A stretch of DNA of 64,000 nucleotides. Origin: Thermoanaerobaculia bacterium (GTDB lineage Bacteria; Acidobacteriota; Thermoanaerobaculia; Multivoradales; Multivoraceae). A model generated the notes under the pieces. That model was not told the DNA's origin. It made no database searches and saw only the letters and a list, made by a program, of their open reading frames with translations. The stretch covers positions 1,184,001 through 1,248,000 of the forward strand of contig OY762911.1 of the NCBI GenBank assembly GCA_963666565.1, written 5' to 3'. Below, one piece after another: positions 59,023 to 64,000 of the stretch (position 1 is its first letter; the number at the start of each line of letters is the position of its first letter). A program made the position numbers and the translations under genes.

Positions 59023-59306
59023 CCGCGGCGTTGCCGTCGCGCTTCATCGATCTCCGCGTTGACCTCGTCGAGGCTCCACCGGTCGAGTCCCGCCTTGCGT
59101 GCCTGGCGCTGCATGTTGAGCACGGCCAGTTGGGATCGGGCCTGCCTGAGGGCTGCCAGCGTTGCGTCGACGGTCGATGGGGTCGCGGCGGACAGGATCG
59201 CTACCGGTTTGCCGTTGGACGTGACGACAAGGTCCTTCGCTTCCGCCAGGGACTCCCAGATCGCGGCGGAGCGAGTACGCAGGTCACGGATGCTGACGAA
59301 GTCCAT
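59019..59306 (-). CDS. Phd/YefM-family antitoxin
   Basis: MDFVSIRDLR...VVTSNGKPVAIL; CAGGAG RBS; ATGA overlap with PIN gene. Confidence 0.9.
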   Translation of the reverse strand: MDFVSIRDLRTRSAAIWESLAEAKDLVVTSNGKPVAILSAATPSTVDATLAALRQARSQLAVLNMQRQARKAGLDRWSLDEVNAEIDEARRQRRG

Positions 59307-59323
59307 GGGGCCAAACTCCTGGA

Positions 59324-59364
59324 GGGTCACAATCGAGTACGCCAGAGTGACACGATTGTGTCCC
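59324..59364. promoter_or_regulatory. Inverted repeat, probable TA autoregulatory operator
   Basis: GGGTCACAATCG (59324-59335) and CGATTGTGTCCC (59353-59364), 11/12 complementary, just upstream of the antitoxin. Confidence 0.55.
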
Positions 59365-59413
59365 CTGGTCAAGGCGCCGGCACCGCAACCCGGCCGCGTA
59401 CACTTGGCGGCCG

Positions 59414-60463
59414 ATGCGGAACGCCCTGGCCCTGAGCCTTAGATCCATCCTCCTCGGTCTCGCGGCGGCAGCGGTCGTGGGGGGCTGCGGGGGCGATGGG
59501 CGGACGCCGCTGGTCGTGTACTCGCCGCATGGGCGGGACCTGCTGACCGTCGTCGAGCAGGCGTACGAGCAGGCGCGGCCCGATGTCGACGTCCGCTGGC
59601 TCGACATGGGTTCGCAGGAGGTATACGACCGGATCCGTTCGGAGCGGGCGAACCCGCAGGCGGATGTGTGGTTCGGCGGCCCGGCAACGATCCTGGCGCG
59701 GGGCGCCGCTGAGGGCCTGCTGGCGCCGTCCGAGCCGTCCTGGGCCGCGGCCCTCGATCCGGCCGACCGGCATCCGGAGGGGCTCTACTACACGCTCTAC
59801 CAGACGCCGACGATCATCGTCTACAACCGCGACGCGATCGGCGAGAACGAAGCGCCGGCCGACTGGGACGATCTCCTCGACGAGCGCTGGCATGACGAGG
59901 TCGTGATCCGCGATCCGCTGGCCAGCGGCACGATGCGGACCATCTTCGGGAAGATCCTGGCCGACTCGGTGATCGAGACCGGCAGCACCGAGGCCGGCTT
60001 CGACTGGCTGAGGCGCCTGGACGGCCAGACCCGGGAGTACGTCCACAGCCCTGCGGTCCTCCACGAGAAGCTGACCCGCCAGGAGGGCGTGCTCACGCTT
60101 TGGGAGATGACCGACACGCTCTCCCTGATCGATCGGGGCGCGCCGATCGCGTACCGTTTTCCGGCGAGCGGCACCGCGGTGATCCAGGATTCGGTCGGCG
60201 TGGTCGCGGGCTCGGAAAATGAGGACGAGGCGGAGGCATTCATCGACTGGCTCGGTTCCCCCGAGGCCCTGGGGCTGGCCGTGGCCGAGGCGTTCCGGCT
60301 GCCGGCGCGGGGTGACCTGGATGCGGAGGTGCTCGCCCCGTGGGTGGCCGAGGTGCAGTCGCGACTGCGCCGCGCCGAGGTCGACTGGCGGATGATCGAA
60401 GCGAACGGCGCCGCGTGGATGGCGGAGTGGGACCGGGCCGTTCGCGGCCAGGGCGGAGGATGA
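59414..60463 (+). CDS. ABC transporter substrate-binding lipoprotein (Fe3+/polyamine-like family)
   Basis: Lipobox VGGC; LVVYS, E.ANPQADVWFGG, DP.ASGT. Confidence 0.9.
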   Translation: MRNALALSLRSILLGLAAAAVVGGCGGDGRTPLVVYSPHGRDLLTVVEQAYEQARPDVDVRWLDMGSQEVYDRIRSERANPQADVWFGGPATILARGAAEGLLAPSEPSWAAALDPADRHPEGLYYTLYQTPTIIVYNRDAIGENEAPADWDDLLDERWHDEVVIRDPLASGTMRTIFGKILADSVIETGSTEAGFDWLRRLDGQTREYVHSPAVLHEKLTRQEGVLTLWEMTDTLSLIDRGAPIAYRFPASGTAVIQDSVGVVAGSENEDEAEAFIDWLGSPEALGLAVAEAFRLPARGDLDAEVLAPWVAEVQSRLRRAEVDWRMIEANGAAWMAEWDRAVRGQGGG

Positions 60464-60493
60464 GCCGGGCCCGCGACGCGGCTGTCATCCCGG

Positions 60494-60518
60494 ATGCCGG
60501 CCAGAGGGCCGGCGCACC
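60494..60518 (-). repeat. REP copy J (empty form of copy B)
   Basis: Reverse complement GGTGCGCCGGCCCTCTGGCCGGCAT. Confidence 0.75.
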
Positions 60519-60571
60519 GACAGGCGGCGCGGAGGCGGAGCCGTCGCGATGACTGACGAGTTGGCGTCGAG

Positions 60572-61669
60572 GTGACGGCGTCCGGGGTTTCCGTCCGCTT
60601 CGACGACGTCTTCAAGGCGTTCGACGAGACCGTCGTTCTCGCCGGCGTCTCGCTGACCGTCGAGCCCGGCGAGATCTTCGCGCTGCTCGGCCCGAGCGGC
60701 AGCGGCAAGACGACGATGCTGCGCCTGCTGGCGGGCTTCGAGCAACTCGACCGGGGACGTCTGCTGATCGCGGACGAGGCCGTCGAACACCTGCCGCCGG
60801 CGCGCCGCGGTGTCGGCATGCTGTTCCAGAGCTACGCGCTCTTCCCGCACCTGAGCGTGGCCGAGAACGTCGCCTTCGGGCTGAAGGTCCGTGGCGGGGC
60901 GCAGGGCGAGACGGAGGTCCGGGTCGCCGAGATGCTCGAACTCGTACGCCTCTCCGGCTTCGAGCAGCGGCGGATCGCCGAGCTCTCGGGCGGCCAGCAG
61001 CAGCGGGTGGCTCTCGCCCGGGCGCTGGCGCCGCGGCCGCGGGTGCTGCTGCTCGATGAACCGCTGTCCAATCTCGACCCGGCGTTGCGCGAGGAAACCC
61101 GCGCCGACCTGCGCCGGACGGTCAAGCAGACGGGCATCACGACCGTGCTGGTCACTCACGAGCAGGAGGAGGCCTTCGAGCTCGGCGAGCGGATCGGCCT
61201 GCTGAACGAGGGAGGCCTGGAGCAGGTCGGAGGACCGGCGGAGCTCTACCGGGATCCCGCTTCGCGTTTCGTGGCCACGTTCGTCGGTCGTTGCTCCGTG
61301 CTGGCGGGGGTCGTGAAGGAGCGGCATGGCGGCGACGAACTGACGGTGCGCCTCGAGTCGCAGCCCGAGGTCCCGGTCTGGCGTTGCCGGAGTAGCGGCG
61401 AGCTGGCCGTGAACGACCGGGTCGATGTCTGTGTTCGTCCGGAGTCCGTGAGACTCGAGACGGGCGAGGTCCCGGGTCTTCCGGGTGCGATCGAGGCCGA
61501 GCGCTTCACCGGCAGCAACAGCTTCTACACGGTGCGGCTGGCGGCAGGACCGACCGTCGAGGTGGCGATGCCGGGAACCACGGCGGGCTTGAGGGGTGCC
61601 TGCGTCGTTCGGCAGCTTGCCGGAGAGCTGCCGTCCGCGTTTGCCGCGGCGCCGGAGTCCGGCCCTTGA
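60572..61669 (+). CDS. ABC transporter ATP-binding protein (PotA/FbpC-like)
   Basis: GPSGSGKT, LSGGQQQR, LLLDEP, TOBE-like tail. Confidence 0.95.
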   Translation: MTASGVSVRFDDVFKAFDETVVLAGVSLTVEPGEIFALLGPSGSGKTTMLRLLAGFEQLDRGRLLIADEAVEHLPPARRGVGMLFQSYALFPHLSVAENVAFGLKVRGGAQGETEVRVAEMLELVRLSGFEQRRIAELSGGQQQRVALARALAPRPRVLLLDEPLSNLDPALREETRADLRRTVKQTGITTVLVTHEQEEAFELGERIGLLNEGGLEQVGGPAELYRDPASRFVATFVGRCSVLAGVVKERHGGDELTVRLESQPEVPVWRCRSSGELAVNDRVDVCVRPESVRLETGEVPGLPGAIEAERFTGSNSFYTVRLAAGPTVEVAMPGTTAGLRGACVVRQLAGELPSAFAAAPESGP

Positions 61670-63354
61670 GCGCCGCCGGCGCGGGCCGCGGTGCGCCGCA
61701 GCTCCGCTCGCTCATGCCGTGGCTGGTGCTCGCCTTCCTCGTCTGGCTGGTCGGCTACCCGCTGCTCGTCGTGGCTGCGGAGGCGTTCGGCATCGGCAGC
61801 CCCGACGGAGGCGGTCCGACCACCGAAGCGTTCCGCTCCTTCTTCACCCGCGCCGACGAGTGGAACGCCATGTGGCGGACTCTCTGGATCTCCGTCCTCT
61901 CCACCCTGGCCGCGGCCGCCATCGGCGTGCCGCTCGGCTTCCTGTTCGAGCGCAACGAGATCCCCGGCCGGCGCCTGCTCGGCGCCCTGGTGGCGCTGCC
62001 GGTGGCGCTGCCCCCGCTGGTCGGCGTCATCGCGTTCCTGTTTCTGTACGGAGAGAGCGGGCTGGCGGCGCGCGGGCTTCAGAGCCTGGGTCTCGACGTG
62101 TCCTGGCGGCTGACCGGCGCCTGGGCGATCCTGCTCGTCCACGCGTACTCGATGTACGTCTACTTCTACCTGTTCACCCGGGCCGGGCTGTCCGGGCAGG
62201 ACGGGGCGGCCATCGAGGCGGCGCAGAGCCTGGGCGCCAGCCGGTCGCAGATCCTCTTCCGGGTCACCCTGCCGCGGCTGCGGCCGGCTCTCGCCGGGGC
62301 GACGCTGCTCACCTTCATGACCTCGCTCGGATCGTTCTCCGCTCCTTACATCTTCGGCGGCGGCTTCCGGGTGATGACGACCCAGATCGTCGCCTCGAAG
62401 CTGAACGGCGAACTGCGGATGGCGTACGTCGAAACGACGATGCTGGCGCTGCTCGCGTTCGCCTCGCTGCTGCTGCTTCGCAGGATCGATCCCGGCCTCG
62501 ACCTGGCCTCGGGCGCGCGGGGCACGCCGCCGGCGCGCCGCCGCCTGCACAGCCGGGGCGCCCGGGTCGCTGCGGCTGCGGGCGGCTGGGTCCTGGCCGG
62601 CGTGCTGCTGCTGCCGCACGCGACGCTCATCCTGATGTCTCTCGTGCCGCCGAACACCTGGACGGTGGAGGCGTTCCCGCCGGTGCTCGGTCTCGTCAAC
62701 TACGGCGATCTCCTGTCGTCGGCCGAACGGCTGAGGCCGGCGCTCAACTCGATCTGGATGGCGGCCGCGGCGACGCTGGCGGCGGTGGTGGTGGGCGTCC
62801 TGGCGGCGCGGCTGTCGCTCCGGCGCGGCGGCCTGCCGGGCCGGGCGCTGGAGGCCATGATGACCCTGCCCTGGGCGATCCCCGGCACCGTGTTCGCCCT
62901 CGCCCTGGCGGCGGCGATGAGCGTCAACGCGCCCTGGGTCGGCCGGTTCGTGCTGGTCGGCACGCTCTGGATCCTGCCGCTGGCGTACCTGGTCCGCTCG
63001 CTGCCGTTGACTGGACGTTCCATCTTCGCCGGCCTGCGCCAGCTCGACCCGCGCCTGGAGGAGGCGGCGGCGAGCCTCGGCGCCGGCGCGTTCAGGACGG
63101 TCGTGCAGATCGTGCTGCCGCTGCTGCGGCCGGCGGTGATCGCCGGCGCCGGCCTCGCCTTCATCACGATGCTCGGCGACTTCGTCACCTCGATCGTGCT
63201 CTACACCTACGACACCCGTCCGATCTCGATCGAGATCCAGTCGAGCCTGCGGATTCAGGAGACGGGCATCGCCGCCGCCTACGGCGTGCTGCTGATGGTG
63301 CTGAGCGCGGCCGCTTTCATCGCCTGGGACGACCGGGCCGGCGGCCGGCTCTGA
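61666..63354 (+). CDS. ABC transporter permease (FbpB-like, duplicated)
   Basis: Two EAA loops (EAAQSLGA, EEAAASLGA). Confidence 0.93.
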   Translation: MSAAGAGRGAPQLRSLMPWLVLAFLVWLVGYPLLVVAAEAFGIGSPDGGGPTTEAFRSFFTRADEWNAMWRTLWISVLSTLAAAAIGVPLGFLFERNEIPGRRLLGALVALPVALPPLVGVIAFLFLYGESGLAARGLQSLGLDVSWRLTGAWAILLVHAYSMYVYFYLFTRAGLSGQDGAAIEAAQSLGASRSQILFRVTLPRLRPALAGATLLTFMTSLGSFSAPYIFGGGFRVMTTQIVASKLNGELRMAYVETTMLALLAFASLLLLRRIDPGLDLASGARGTPPARRRLHSRGARVAAAAGGWVLAGVLLLPHATLILMSLVPPNTWTVEAFPPVLGLVNYGDLLSSAERLRPALNSIWMAAAATLAAVVVGVLAARLSLRRGGLPGRALEAMMTLPWAIPGTVFALALAAAMSVNAPWVGRFVLVGTLWILPLAYLVRSLPLTGRSIFAGLRQLDPRLEEAAASLGAGAFRTVVQIVLPLLRPAVIAGAGLAFITMLGDFVTSIVLYTYDTRPISIEIQSSLRIQETGIAAAYGVLLMVLSAAAFIAWDDRAGGRL

Positions 63355-63474
63355 GGTGTCGCGCCTGGCCTGCCGTGAGCTGTCGCCCTTGGGCTGCCGC
63401 GGCCTGTCGCCCTTGACCGCCGCGCGCTTTCGCGCCGCAATTGTCGAGAATCGTCGGGGAAGAGAGACCGCCAG

Positions 63475-64000
63475 ATGTCGCGCTTGATCGACCACCGCCT
63501 GGCGGCGCTCATGGTGGTGGCGTTCGTCAGCACGCTGGGCGAGTTCCTGGTCGTCGCGCTCCTGCCGTTCTACGCCGAGCGCTACGGCGCGACGCCGCTG
63601 GAAGTCGGCGCCCTGGTGTCCGCGTTCGCACTGGCGTCGATGGTGACGGCGCCGCTCTGGGGCCGGCTCGCCGACCGTGCCGGACGCAGGCCAGCACTCT
63701 TGCTCGGCCTCGTGGTCTCGGCCGCGGGCTACCTCCTCTTCGGCCTGGCGCAGTCGCTTGACGCGCTGCTCCTGGCCCGCCTCGTGCATGGCGTCGGCGG
63801 CGGCACGGTGCCTGTGGTGTTCGCCTACATCGCCGACTCGGTGGCCGGCGAGCGCCGCGCCGAGGGCATCGGCTGGGTCACCGCCGTCACGAGTTCCGCG
63901 GCGATGATCGGCCCGGCCGTGGGAGGCTTCGCGGGCCAGCTTCATCCGGCCGGGGCCGGCGCCGTGGCCGCGGCGTTCAGCCTGGCGGCCGCGGCGTTCG
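63475..64000 (+). CDS. MFS transporter (TetA/DHA1-like), 3'-truncated
   Basis: LLPFYAE, GRLADRAGRRP motif A, LARLVHG, IGPAVGG. Confidence 0.9.
   Translation, partial: MSRLIDHRLAALMVVAFVSTLGEFLVVALLPFYAERYGATPLEVGALVSAFALASMVTAPLWGRLADRAGRRPALLLGLVVSAAGYLLFGLAQSLDALLLARLVHGVGGGTVPVVFAYIADSVAGERRAEGIGWVTAVTSSAAMIGPAVGGFAGQLHPAGAGAVAAAFSLAAAAF

Overview
High-GC (about 70% by eye) bacterial DNA. The gene repertoire suggests Acidobacteriota, possibly a marine or sponge-associated lineage; this is inference from the ASPIC/UnbV-FG-GAP proteins, sulfatase-TPR, Oar-like TonB receptor, DUF885 and Sel1/TPR proteins. Layout: (1) a + strand run of secreted enzymes (sulfatase, PBP, multiheme cytochrome-TPR, ASPIC/UnbV, tandem amidohydrolases, tandem RTX-tailed lipoproteins, HD hydrolase, zincin-like/M24 fusion); (2) an accessory block at about 17.7-29.7 kb with a coupled pair of STAND-like ATPases and a four-gene putative defence operon (N4-cytosine MTase, SF2 helicase, PD-(D/E)XK-like protein, GHKL/MORC ATPase) whose last gene is cleanly split by a 1576-bp IS3-family element with a 5-bp duplication and atypical ends; (3) cytochrome c/propeller genes and a TonB-sulfatase-ASPIC-TPR locus; (4) a probable (hydroxy)proline/imino-acid catabolic cluster with TRAP and SSS transporters; (5) a decayed toxin-antitoxin patch containing a tRNA-like structure; (6) an ABC transporter and an MFS gene. 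The non-coding DNA holds about 10 REP-like palindromes, a 66-69-bp two-hairpin element (3 copies) inserted without target duplication, and two homologous ~190-bp elements with different perfect inverted arms around equal-length 107-bp cores. All calls come from motif reading by eye; no searches were run.
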